From Anaeromyxobacter sp. (GTDB taxonomy: Bacteria > Myxococcota > Myxococcia > Myxococcales > Anaeromyxobacteraceae), in assembly GCA_036523995.1 (NCBI GenBank), contig DATDDC010000562.1, positions 1-46,311 on the forward strand: DNA of 46,311 bases, in the 5' to 3' direction. Positions 38,169 through 46,311 of the stretch are shown here, piece after piece. The notes under the pieces were generated by a model. The model saw only the letters and a program-made list of their open reading frames with translations. It was not told the origin of the DNA and did no database searches. Each line of letters begins with the position of its first letter. The first letter of the stretch is position 1. The translations under genes and the position numbers were made by a program.

Positions 38169-39338
38169 TCAGCCGGGGCCCGGCGAGCACGAGGGGGCGC
38201 CGCGGGGTGCCGCCCGCCCGGCGCGGCGCGACAGGACGCGCTCGTAGAGCTCGACGTACTCGCGCCGCATCCGCTCGGCCGAGAAGCGCGCCACCGCCGC
38301 CGACCGCGCCCGCCGCCCGCAGGCGCGGCTCCTCTCCGGATCCGCCTCGAGCGCCGTGAGCCGCCCCCGGAGCGCCTCCTCGCTGCCCACCGGGACGAGG
38401 AATCCGGTCACGCCTTCCTCGATCACGTTCGGGACGCCGCCCACCCTCGTCGACACCACCGGGAGCCCGGTGGCCATGGCCTCGGGGATGGCGAGCGGGA
38501 GGCCCTCGGTGTTCGAGCACAGGACGAAGACGTCGAGCGCGTTCAGGACGTCCGGCACGTCCCGCCGGACGCCGAGCAGGTGGACGAACGGCGCCACGCC
38601 GAGCGCTGCGGCGAGATCGGACAGGCTCTGGAGGAGGGGTCCGTCGCCCGCCACGACGAGGTGGCTCCGCGGCGAGAGGAGCGGCGCCGCCGCCCGGAGG
38701 AGGAGCTGCTGGTTCTTCTCCACCGCGACCCGGCCGACGGTGCCCAGCACCCAGGCCCTCTCCTCGATGCCGAGCTCCTGGCGCACCCGCCTGCGGGCGG
38801 ACGGCTCGGGATGGAACCGTCCCAGCTCGATGCCGTTCGGGATCACCGTGAGCCGGCGCTCGTCGATCTCGCGCCTGCGGCGGGCGAAGGCCGCGGTCTC
38901 CTCCGACACCGCCACGAAGGCGTCGAGGAAGCGCCCGGCGAGGTTCCCGGCGATGAGCCGCGTCCCGCCCTTCGGATTGTTGCCGTGCTTCGTGTGCACG
39001 ACCGCGATGCCGGAGAGCCGCGCCGCGGGCGCGCCGTAGATGAGCGCCATGCGGTTGTGCGTATGGGCGAGGTCGGCGCCGTTCTCCTTGAGCCAGCGGG
39101 AGAGGCGAAGGATGAGCGCCAGGTCGACGCCCGGCCGCGGCCGCGACACCCGCGCCACCTCCGCGCCCGCCGCCCGGAACTCGGCCGCGAGCGGCCCGTC
39201 GGGCGGCGGCGCCAGGGAGAGCGCCGTCACGCGATAGCCTTCGCGGAGCTGGCCGATGGCGAGCTCGAGCGCCACCCGCTCCTGTCCCCCCATGGCGAAG
39301 GACGACAGGACGTGGACGATGTGGCGTCTGGCGGGCAC
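38169..39338 (-). CDS. Glycosyltransferase family 4, about 389 aa
   Basis: GGAGG precedes GTG 39338. HVLSSFAMGGQER, HTH, HTKHG, IPNGIE, TVGRVAVEKN, DVFVLCSNTEGLPLAIPEAMATGLPVVSTRVGG. Confidence 0.9.
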   Translation of the reverse strand: MPARRHIVHVLSSFAMGGQERVALELAIGQLREGYRVTALSLAPPPDGPLAAEFRAAGAEVARVSRPRPGVDLALILRLSRWLKENGADLAHTHNRMALIYGAPAARLSGIAVVHTKHGNNPKGGTRLIAGNLAGRFLDAFVAVSEETAAFARRRREIDERRLTVIPNGIELGRFHPEPSARRRVRQELGIEERAWVLGTVGRVAVEKNQQLLLRAAAPLLSPRSHLVVAGDGPLLQSLSDLAAALGVAPFVHLLGVRRDVPDVLNALDVFVLCSNTEGLPLAIPEAMATGLPVVSTRVGGVPNVIEEGVTGFLVPVGSEEALRGRLTALEADPERSRACGRRARSAAVARFSAERMRREYVELYERVLSRRAGRAAPRGAPSCSPGPG

Positions 39339-39487
39339 TCCAGCCTCCCCACTTCCCCCGCGGGGGTCCCAGGACCGCGTTTCGGCTCGGGAATGCAATA
39401 GGAACCCGAGCGACGCCGCGACGCCATCACGCGTTCACCGGACACGTCACTTCCGGGATCGCGCGCACGGTATCATCGGGGGACGCC

Positions 39488-41404
39488 GTGGCCCCGAGAA
39501 GAAGGCAGACCCTCGCCGCGCTCCTCGGCGTCGCCGGCGCCCTCCCGGCGTGTCGGAATGCCGCGCTGCCGCGGGCCTTCGTCCTCGACGACGGCGTGAA
39601 GATGAGCGCCGACGGCCGGCTCATGAGCCTCGTCGACCTCCCCGGCTACGCGAAGGCGAACCCGGCCTGGGACGGGGGCGCCATCACGCTCGCCGGCGCC
39701 CGCGGCGAGACCGTCGCGTTCCAGGTGATGGTGCAGGCCGGAGCGCGCGACCTCCCGGGCGCCACGGTGAGCGTCTCGGACCTGCGCCGCGACGGAGGCG
39801 GCGTCATCGCGGCGGAGCGGCTCACCCGCTTCCGGGAGTGGTACGTCGCGGTGACCGTGCCGAGCGCTTCCCCGGGCGGCAGCGCCGGCAAGGGCGAGTA
39901 CCCGGACGCCCTCGTCCCCGCCGACACCCCGGGCTTCGGCCTCCCCGTCGACGTCCCCGCCGCGAGGACGCAGGGCATCTGGGTCGACTGCGCCATCCCG
40001 GCCGCGGCGGCGGCCGGCACGTACCGGGGCGCGCTGGTGGTGAGCGCCGGCGGCGCCGAGCTCGCGCGCTTCGACGTGAGGCTCGAGGTCCACGGCTTCG
40101 CCCTGCCCGTCGAGCGTCACCTCCCGTGGCGCATCGGGTACAGCGGCTGGGAGAGCGTGCCCGCGCGCCTCGGCATCGCCGAGGGCAGCGCCGGGTGGCT
40201 CGAGCTCGAGAAGGACCTCTATCGCCTCGTCTGGGAGGGCCACCGCGCCGTCCCCACGACGCACTACCACGATCTCCGCCTCGAGACCCGGGGCGCGGGC
40301 GCGGCCCTGCGGATCGACTGGGCCCGCTTCGACCGCCGCTTCGGCGGCTACCTCGACGGCTCCGCGTTCGAGAGCGGACAGCCGGTGAACGCCTTCTCCC
40401 TGCCCGTCAACCTGCACCGCGGCTGGCCCTTCCGCCTCGGGCCGGACCCGGCCGCTGTGGACGCCGGGAGGCTCGCGGCCCTCTCCCGGCTCGTGGCCCG
40501 GCACTGGGACGAGAAGGGCTGGCGCCTCGCCGACGCCTTCGCCTACGTGGCGGACGAGCCGGGCCGGGATCGCATCGCGAGCGTTCGCAAGGCGTGCGCC
40601 GCCATCCACCAGGGCGACCCGCGCATCCGCACCTCGGTCGCGCTCTACACGGAGCTCGGGCGCGACGCGCGCGGCCTCGTGAAGGAGCTCGCCGGGCACG
40701 TCACGAGCTGGGAGCTCGCGGGCGACTACGCGGATCTCCCCGCCCTGCGCGAGCGGCAGGCGGCGGGAGACCGCCTCGGCCTCTACCAGGGAGGGGAGCC
40801 CTACGAGGGGGGCGAGGCCGTGGACGACGACGGGCTCGCCCTCACCACCTGGCCGTGGATCGCCTGGCGCTACGGCCTCGACTCGCTCTTCCTCTACAAC
40901 ATGACGGAGTGGGACTACGCGCGCCTCGACCGGGCGAACGTGCCCTGGGCGAAGGGCAAGCGCGAGATCTGGGAGAACCCGCTCAATCAATCCTGGGCGA
41001 CGAACAGCCAGGGCGTGCTCCTCTATCCGGGGCCGTACGTGGGGCGGAAGGGCGTCGTGGCCTCCATCCGCCTGAAGCAGGTCCGGCGCGGCCTCCAGGA
41101 CTACGAGTATCTGTGGCTCGCCCGGCGCGGCGGCGACGGCCCGAAGGCCGACGAGATCTCGCGCCGGCTCGTGCCGCGCGCGCTCCACGAGGCGGGCCCT
41201 CTCGGGAAGGTCGGGCGAGGCCGCGGCGCCTGGGAGCGCGACCCGCGCGCCTGGGCGGCGGCGCGGCTCGAGCTGGCGAGGGCCATCGAGGCGAGGAGCC
41301 CTCAGCGCCTCGTCGAGCCGCCCTCCGAGAACCCCGCCCGATCGCTTCCGTCGACCCGCGCCCCGAGCGACGGCGCGGGCGGCATGCGCCGCGCGTTGGA
41401 GTAG
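39488..41404 (+). CDS. Lipoprotein with DUF4091/GH123-like glycoside hydrolase domain, 638 aa
   Basis: Leader ending ALPAC; GARGETVAFQ, YPDALVP, QGIWVD..IP....GTYRG, YVADEP, G.LLYPG, ASIRLKQVRRGLQDYEYL. Confidence 0.7.
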   Translation: MAPRRRQTLAALLGVAGALPACRNAALPRAFVLDDGVKMSADGRLMSLVDLPGYAKANPAWDGGAITLAGARGETVAFQVMVQAGARDLPGATVSVSDLRRDGGGVIAAERLTRFREWYVAVTVPSASPGGSAGKGEYPDALVPADTPGFGLPVDVPAARTQGIWVDCAIPAAAAAGTYRGALVVSAGGAELARFDVRLEVHGFALPVERHLPWRIGYSGWESVPARLGIAEGSAGWLELEKDLYRLVWEGHRAVPTTHYHDLRLETRGAGAALRIDWARFDRRFGGYLDGSAFESGQPVNAFSLPVNLHRGWPFRLGPDPAAVDAGRLAALSRLVARHWDEKGWRLADAFAYVADEPGRDRIASVRKACAAIHQGDPRIRTSVALYTELGRDARGLVKELAGHVTSWELAGDYADLPALRERQAAGDRLGLYQGGEPYEGGEAVDDDGLALTTWPWIAWRYGLDSLFLYNMTEWDYARLDRANVPWAKGKREIWENPLNQSWATNSQGVLLYPGPYVGRKGVVASIRLKQVRRGLQDYEYLWLARRGGDGPKADEISRRLVPRALHEAGPLGKVGRGRGAWERDPRAWAAARLELARAIEARSPQRLVEPPSENPARSLPSTRAPSDGAGGMRRALE

Positions 41405-42618
41405 CGCATGGTGAGGCCCGCGAGGAAGACGTGCGTCTGCACCGGCTCGAGCCCGGCCGGCTGGTCGTACTGGTAGGCCATGGTGTAGTGCGCCGTCGCC
41501 AGCACCTCGTCGGCGAGGCCCCAGAAGAGCGCGACGTCGGCGGTCGCCGCGTTGCCGAGCCCCGCGGCCGCGCGCGACGGCGCCTGGCCCAGCGGCGCCG
41601 CGTGCAGGAAGCCGGCGGAGAGGGCGAGCTGGCGGGGGTACTCCGCGTCGAAGCCGAAGAACAGGCGCGCCACGGCGCCCTGGCCGAGCGCCACGGTGCC
41701 GGTGTGGAGATCGGCGGTCGAGCCGTAGGTGAGGCCGAGCGACGCGCCCCCGTCGCGCGTGGCGTACCGCACGGTGAGGCTGCCGGTGGGGAGGATGGCC
41801 AGCGGATAGCTGCCGGCGAAGGTGAGGACCTGCTCGACGCCCGCCGTCGCCTGCCCGTTCCAGCGCCAGCTGAAGTCGTGGTTCCAGCGGGCCACGAGCG
41901 CGTTCCGCGTGGTCCAGGACGGATGCGGCGAGTCCTCCGAGGACCTGAGGAAGTCGCCGCTCGCGCGCAGCTCGGCCCCGATGGCGTCGCGCGCGCCCGG
42001 GCCGTACTCGTTCCGGAGCTCGCGATCGAGGGCCAGGGAGCCGGTCAGCGTGGCGTTGAAGCTCCCCAGCGCGCCCTGGGGCGCGACGAGCGACCCGCTC
42101 AGCGCCTGGCCGAAGCGGAGCTGGGGCGAGGCCTCGAGCGCGTACGCCTCGGCGAGCGAGGCGGTCACGAGATCGGCGTCCGAGCGCGAGCGGAACGTGG
42201 GCTCCCCCGCGTCGGCTTGCCGGTGCGCGAGCTGGAACGCCGTCCCTCCCTGCGTGACGTTTCCGCTCACGAGCAGGGCGCTGCGGCTCGAGAGCTCCGC
42301 GCCGAGCGCCAGGACGAGCTGATTGGCGTACGAGGAGGCCACCTCGTACTGGCCGAGCGTGAGGTTGCCCGCGAAGAGGTACCCGGCGCGCCAGGTCACC
42401 CGCGGGGACTGGAGCTGCAGCGTCAGCGCGGGGCCTACTTCGGTGAAGGCGTGGTGATCGCTCTGGCCGCCGCTCGTGTCGACGTACCCGGCGTTCGCGA
42501 CCCCGTCGAGCTGGACGACGGTGTCCGCCGCCGCCGGCGGGGCGGCGAGGGCGAGCGCGAGCGAGAGGATCCGGGCTGCGTGCGCGGCGGGGCGGCGTGG
42601 GAGGCGCGTGCGCTGCAC
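41302..42618 (-). CDS. Probable outer-membrane beta-barrel protein (candidate EpsX/Wzp-type partner of the short OPX), about 438 aa
   Basis: Signal peptide ILSLALALAAPPAAA. Alternating amphipathic strands with aromatic girdles (VTWRAGYLF, RWNHDFSWRWNGQATAG, AHYTMAYQY, HVFLAGLTMRY). Start re-called at GTG 42618. Confidence 0.65.
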   Translation of the reverse strand: MQRTRLPRRPAAHAARILSLALALAAPPAAADTVVQLDGVANAGYVDTSGGQSDHHAFTEVGPALTLQLQSPRVTWRAGYLFAGNLTLGQYEVASSYANQLVLALGAELSSRSALLVSGNVTQGGTAFQLAHRQADAGEPTFRSRSDADLVTASLAEAYALEASPQLRFGQALSGSLVAPQGALGSFNATLTGSLALDRELRNEYGPGARDAIGAELRASGDFLRSSEDSPHPSWTTRNALVARWNHDFSWRWNGQATAGVEQVLTFAGSYPLAILPTGSLTVRYATRDGGASLGLTYGSTADLHTGTVALGQGAVARLFFGFDAEYPRQLALSAGFLHAAPLGQAPSRAAAGLGNAATADVALFWGLADEVLATAHYTMAYQYDQPAGLEPVQTHVFLAGLTMRYSNARRMPPAPSLGARVDGSDRAGFSEGGSTRR

Positions 42619-42709
42619 GATGGTGCGGATCTCCGAGGTCGCTCGACGGCAGCGGCCGCTCGACTGTACCAGACCGACGCGCCGAGCCCGCTGGTGGAGG
42701 GCTCGAACG

Positions 42710-44839
42710 ATGCTAGAGTGCAGCGCCTTGGCGCTCGGAGCAAAGCGCGCATGCGGTCCCTTGGCCGCGGTACTCGCGCTGGGCGGCGTCTTCGGCCCGC
42801 TCCCCGCCTGCGCGTCGCCGCGCGGCGGCGGAGGCCCACCGCCGCCGGACGTCGCCCACCCGCTCCTGATCCCTCCGGGGCGCCTTCCGGCGATGCGCGC
42901 CGCGGCCGCGAAGGGAGCGCCCGCCTGGCGGGCGCTCAAGGCCGTCGTCGACGCCAACTACAAGAAGGAGGGGCTCGGCGACGCCGGCGTCATGAACGTC
43001 GCCGTCGTCTACCTCGTCACGGGCGAGCGCAGGTACTGCGAGAGCCTCGCGGCCGAGGCCCGGCGCACCATGGCCGCGGCCAACCCGCGCGCGGACAGCT
43101 ACTACGGCTACGCCGGGATCATGGGCGCCCTCGCCACCGAGCTCACCCATTGCGAGCCGGTCCTGGACGCGCCGCTGCGCGCGGACATCGCGACCTACCT
43201 CGACACCTGGACCGACGAGCTCTGGTTCCACAACAAGGGCTCGGGCTGGGGGCTCGAGGATCCCGGGAACAACTACCACGTGTCCTTCCTCCTCGGGACG
43301 GCGTGGGCGGGCCTCGCGCTCCAGGCGATGGGGCACCCGAGCGCGGCGAAGTACCTCGACATCGTCGCGAGGGGCGTGGACCGGGAGCTCGCCTACCTCG
43401 CGGAGCGCTGCGCGGGCGGCGGCTGGCCGGAGGGCACGAACTACGGCGAGGGCGCGAAGGGGCGGCTCGCCGACCTCTTCTCGCTGCTGGCGGCGGCCGG
43501 AATCCGGAACGCGTTCCAGTCGAGCGACTGGTTCCCCGCGGCGCTGCGGTACGCGCACTACCAGCTCCAGCCGGACGGCGCGCACCTCTATCCGGCCGGA
43601 GACATGGCGCGCGAGTCGGACATGACCGCCAACTCCTACGACCGCCAGTACGTGCAGCAGATGGTCTACTGGCTCGCCGACTCGGAGGCCCGGGCCCTCG
43701 GGCAGTGGTACCTGGAGAACGTCGCCCGGGACTACCAGACCGGGTTCCGCCACCCGGCGGCGCTGTGGCGGGATCTGGTCTACGCCGTCGACGTCCCCGC
43801 GAAGCCCCAGTCCACGCTTCCGCTCGCCTACCGGGCGAGGGGAGACGAGCTCGTGTCGATCCGCAGCGGCTGGGACGCGGACGCCACCGCGCTCACGGTG
43901 TCCGGCGCCTCGCGCATCGATCAGTCCCACGCTCACCTCGACACCGGCGGCTTCACGCTCTGGCGCAACGGCTGGCAGCTCGTGGACGCCGTGACGTACA
44001 GCCACTCCGGGCTCCTGCAGGAGCCAGGGGCGCACAACCTCATCCACGTCGCGGGCGCGAGAAAGGTGGCGGCGGCGACGCCGAAGGGGATCGTCCGCTT
44101 CGAGGACGACCCCCGCGCGAGCTATCTCCAGATCGACGGCACCGCTCTCTACGCGCGCGGCGACCCGAGGCGGTCAGGGAACTTCCTGGTGCGGGAGCTG
44201 CGGGGGCTCCTGCGCGACAAGAACCTCCTCCTCGAGGAGTTCACGCGCGAGATGGTGTTCCTGAAGCCGGACGTGCTCGTCGTCTACGACCGGGTGCGGC
44301 CGGCGGAGCCGGGCACGGCGTTCGACTGGCGGTTGCACTTCCCCGTCCAGCCGTCGCTCTCCGGCGCCACCCTCCGCTCCACGAACGGCAAGGGCGGCGT
44401 CACCGTGGCGCTCCTCCTCGGGGACGCGCCCGCCGTCGTGCCCGACGCCGACCTCGCGCCCGACGGCAGCAAGGCCTGGCGAGCCCAGGCGACCACGCAA
44501 TCGGGCAGGTTCCTCGCCGTGGCGCGGGTCGCGTCGGGAGGGGCGCCGCCGCTCGACGCCTCGCCGGTGACGACGACCGGCGACATGGAGGGCGCCGCCG
44601 TCGGCGGCGACGTGGTGCTGTTCAGCAAGCTCCCCTTCGGCGCGGCGCCCCGGCTCGGCTTCAGCTACACGGTCCCGACCGTGCCCGGTCGCGTCCACAC
44701 GCTCGTCGACATGGCGGGGAGCGTGGGCGTCTCCATCCGGCGCGAGGGCGCGAACACCGTCGTCACCATCGGCAAGGGATCGGATCGGACCGCCAGCGCG
44801 GAGGGGGTCGTCCGCTTCAGCGAGCCGCCACCTCGTTGA
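42710..44839 (+). CDS. Heparinase II/III-like polysaccharide lyase-fold lipoprotein, about 709 aa (start uncertain: 42710 or 42728)
   Basis: Leader ending GPLPAC; helical domain with GNNY and GGGWPEGTNYG; then RSGW, HAHLDTGGFTL, AHN and beta-rich C-terminus VVYDRV..WRLH. Confidence 0.7.
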   Translation: MLECSALALGAKRACGPLAAVLALGGVFGPLPACASPRGGGGPPPPDVAHPLLIPPGRLPAMRAAAAKGAPAWRALKAVVDANYKKEGLGDAGVMNVAVVYLVTGERRYCESLAAEARRTMAAANPRADSYYGYAGIMGALATELTHCEPVLDAPLRADIATYLDTWTDELWFHNKGSGWGLEDPGNNYHVSFLLGTAWAGLALQAMGHPSAAKYLDIVARGVDRELAYLAERCAGGGWPEGTNYGEGAKGRLADLFSLLAAAGIRNAFQSSDWFPAALRYAHYQLQPDGAHLYPAGDMARESDMTANSYDRQYVQQMVYWLADSEARALGQWYLENVARDYQTGFRHPAALWRDLVYAVDVPAKPQSTLPLAYRARGDELVSIRSGWDADATALTVSGASRIDQSHAHLDTGGFTLWRNGWQLVDAVTYSHSGLLQEPGAHNLIHVAGARKVAAATPKGIVRFEDDPRASYLQIDGTALYARGDPRRSGNFLVRELRGLLRDKNLLLEEFTREMVFLKPDVLVVYDRVRPAEPGTAFDWRLHFPVQPSLSGATLRSTNGKGGVTVALLLGDAPAVVPDADLAPDGSKAWRAQATTQSGRFLAVARVASGGAPPLDASPVTTTGDMEGAAVGGDVVLFSKLPFGAAPRLGFSYTVPTVPGRVHTLVDMAGSVGVSIRREGANTVVTIGKGSDRTASAEGVVRFSEPPPR

Positions 44840-46172
44840 TGATGAAGCGCGCCTTGCCGGCCGCGGTGCGAGGGATCCAGTCCACGTAGCGGATGTCGAT
44901 CTCCGCGTCGCTGCCGAGGTGCTGCTTGAAGATGCGCTGGATCTTCGGCTCCTCCACCGCCGGCACGTAGGAGCCTTCCCGCCGCACGATGTGGATGGTG
45001 ATCTGGCCGGCTCGCTTCTGCACGATCTGGAACTGCTCGACGCCCTGGACCATCTTGAAGGCGTGCGGCCCGATGGCGCCGGAGATGGCGTCGCCGCTCG
45101 CCCGGTAGAGGACGTCGTTCACGCGTCCGTCGAGGCGGGTGATGCGGCCGAGGGTGCGCCCGCAGCGGCAGCCGTGCGGCGCGAGGACGCCGGCGTCGCC
45201 GTTCCGGTAGCGGATCATGGGCGTCGCCAGGTTGTCGAGGTCGGTGACGAGGAAGGGCCCCTCGCCGGCGAGGGCGGCGCCGCCGCCCGGCTGCTCGACC
45301 TCGATGACGGAGTGCTCGTCGCAGGTGTGGTAGACGGGCACCTCCGCCTCGGGGCAGGCGTAGCCGAGCGACTGGATCTCGCCGCAGCCGTAGTAGGGCA
45401 GGACCTTCGCCCCGAAGGCCCGGGCGATGGTCTCGCGCCAGCTGTCGAGGAGGAGCTCCGCGGTGGGGAAGACGGCGTCGAGCTCGACGCGGACGCCGCA
45501 CCGCTCGGCGTGGCACGCGAGGAGGTAGAGCGCCGAGGTGTAGCCGACCAGGAAGCGGGCCCCCGAGGCGCGGATCTCGTCGAGATATCGCCGGGCATTG
45601 TCCGGCCCGAGCTCGAAGGCCGGTAAGAAGGTCTTTCCGGAAAAGAAAGATTTGACGCGATCGAGCCGGCGGCGCTTCGCGACGCCGAGCGTTCCGCCGA
45701 AGAGCTGGACGAACGGCTCGCCCAGGCGCAATCCGCCCCAGCCGAACCCGCGCCAGTAGCAGCCGCGCTGCCACACCGAGCCGGCCCGGTCGCGCGCGAT
45801 CTGGATGGGAATCCCCGTGGTGCCGCCCGTCGCGCCGATCTCGACGGGGATGTCGCCCGCGAGGCGCAGCGCGTCCCCGTGCTCGCGCAGCGCGTCCTTG
45901 GTGAGGATGGGGAGCCTGGGCAGGTCGGCGAGGCCGCGCACGTCGTCCGGCCGCACGCCGCGCTCGTCCATCATGCGGCGGTAATGTGGGCTCCGCGCGT
46001 ACGCCTGCTCGACGAGGCGAACCAATTTTTTGTTGCGGAGATCGTCGAGGCGCGCGCGCTCCCATCGCTCGCTCTCGTGGAGGAACCGGAGCGCCGCCGT
46101 GAGGCCGAACCCCTCCGCCCGGGACCTTGCCTCCCAGTGAAATCGGTAGAGCCTGGCGCGAAGCGACGTCAT
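44817..46172 (-). CDS. Phenylacetate-CoA ligase/CapK family adenylate-forming enzyme, about 451 aa
   Basis: LADLPRLPILTK, ATGGTTGIP, GYTS, YYGCGE, VTDLDN.ATPMIRYRNGD, CRCGRTL, GRVND, QFQIVQ. Confidence 0.85.
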   Translation of the reverse strand: MTSLRARLYRFHWEARSRAEGFGLTAALRFLHESERWERARLDDLRNKKLVRLVEQAYARSPHYRRMMDERGVRPDDVRGLADLPRLPILTKDALREHGDALRLAGDIPVEIGATGGTTGIPIQIARDRAGSVWQRGCYWRGFGWGGLRLGEPFVQLFGGTLGVAKRRRLDRVKSFFSGKTFLPAFELGPDNARRYLDEIRASGARFLVGYTSALYLLACHAERCGVRVELDAVFPTAELLLDSWRETIARAFGAKVLPYYGCGEIQSLGYACPEAEVPVYHTCDEHSVIEVEQPGGGAALAGEGPFLVTDLDNLATPMIRYRNGDAGVLAPHGCRCGRTLGRITRLDGRVNDVLYRASGDAISGAIGPHAFKMVQGVEQFQIVQKRAGQITIHIVRREGSYVPAVEEPKIQRIFKQHLGSDAEIDIRYVDWIPRTAAGKARFIINEVAAR

Positions 46173-46311
46173 CCGTTTGCCGAGATTTCGGCATGATAGC
46201 ATCCGGCGCGCGGCGGCGGGCGCGTGAAACCCCGGCGGTCGCGGTACCCGCGAGGCGCGCGCGCCGCGGCCGATGCGTGCGCGCGACGGTCACGCGAGGC
46301 CGCCGCCGCGC

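Noticed and set aside
84-44889. Very long alternative ORFs (for example 84..1310+, 1454..6034+, 6393..9677+, 33073..36216+, 36213..39401+, 39256..44889+)
   Set aside because: Arg/Gly/Pro/Ala-rich shadow or antisense frames of well-supported genes, expected at this GC content, with no family motifs.
44817-46172. Phenylacetate catabolism (paaK)
   Set aside because: No other paa genes are in the window and the context is polysaccharide biosynthesis, so the symbol was not assigned.
33055-46172. PEP-CTERM/exosortase or MYXO-CTERM sorting system suggested by the AsnB/GT4/CapK gene set
   Set aside because: No exosortase gene in the window and no C-terminal TM-plus-basic sorting tail on the exported proteins.

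Overview
A very GC-rich, gene-dense window (about 70-75% GC by eye; lipoprotein content and gene families suggest an Anaeromyxobacter-like myxobacterium, which is an inference). It is occupied entirely by one large Wzx/Wzy-dependent exo/capsular polysaccharide locus of about 32 CDS. Contents: (i) a WbpA/WbpP-type UDP-HexNAc(A) precursor pair, with the dehydrogenase running off the left edge; (ii) a CDP-sugar cassette (cytidylyltransferase, SDR, NDP-sugar C-methyltransferase, 3,5-epimerase, PIG-L deacetylase, DUF4910) pointing to a C-methyl-branched sugar; (iii) five glycosyltransferases, two Wzx flippases and one Wzy/O-antigen-ligase-family protein; (iv) an export machine made of a short two-domain OPX lipoprotein, a probable outer-membrane beta-barrel, a kinase-less co-polymerase, a Wzc-like fusion with no tyrosine cluster and a degenerate stand-alone BY-kinase-like protein; (v) tailoring enzymes: a canonical AsnB amidotransferase, a paralog lacking the catalytic Cys1, and a CapK/PaaK-like ligase; (vi) exported, mostly lipoprotein, glycan-acting proteins (two GH140/DUF4038-like, one DUF4091/GH123-like, one heparinase II/III-like) and a Cys-rich FG-GAP lipoprotein. 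No rRNA, tRNA, CRISPR array or mobile element was seen. Most long ORFs in the supplied track are GC-rich shadow frames or have over-extended starts. Family calls come from motif recognition only, with no database search.
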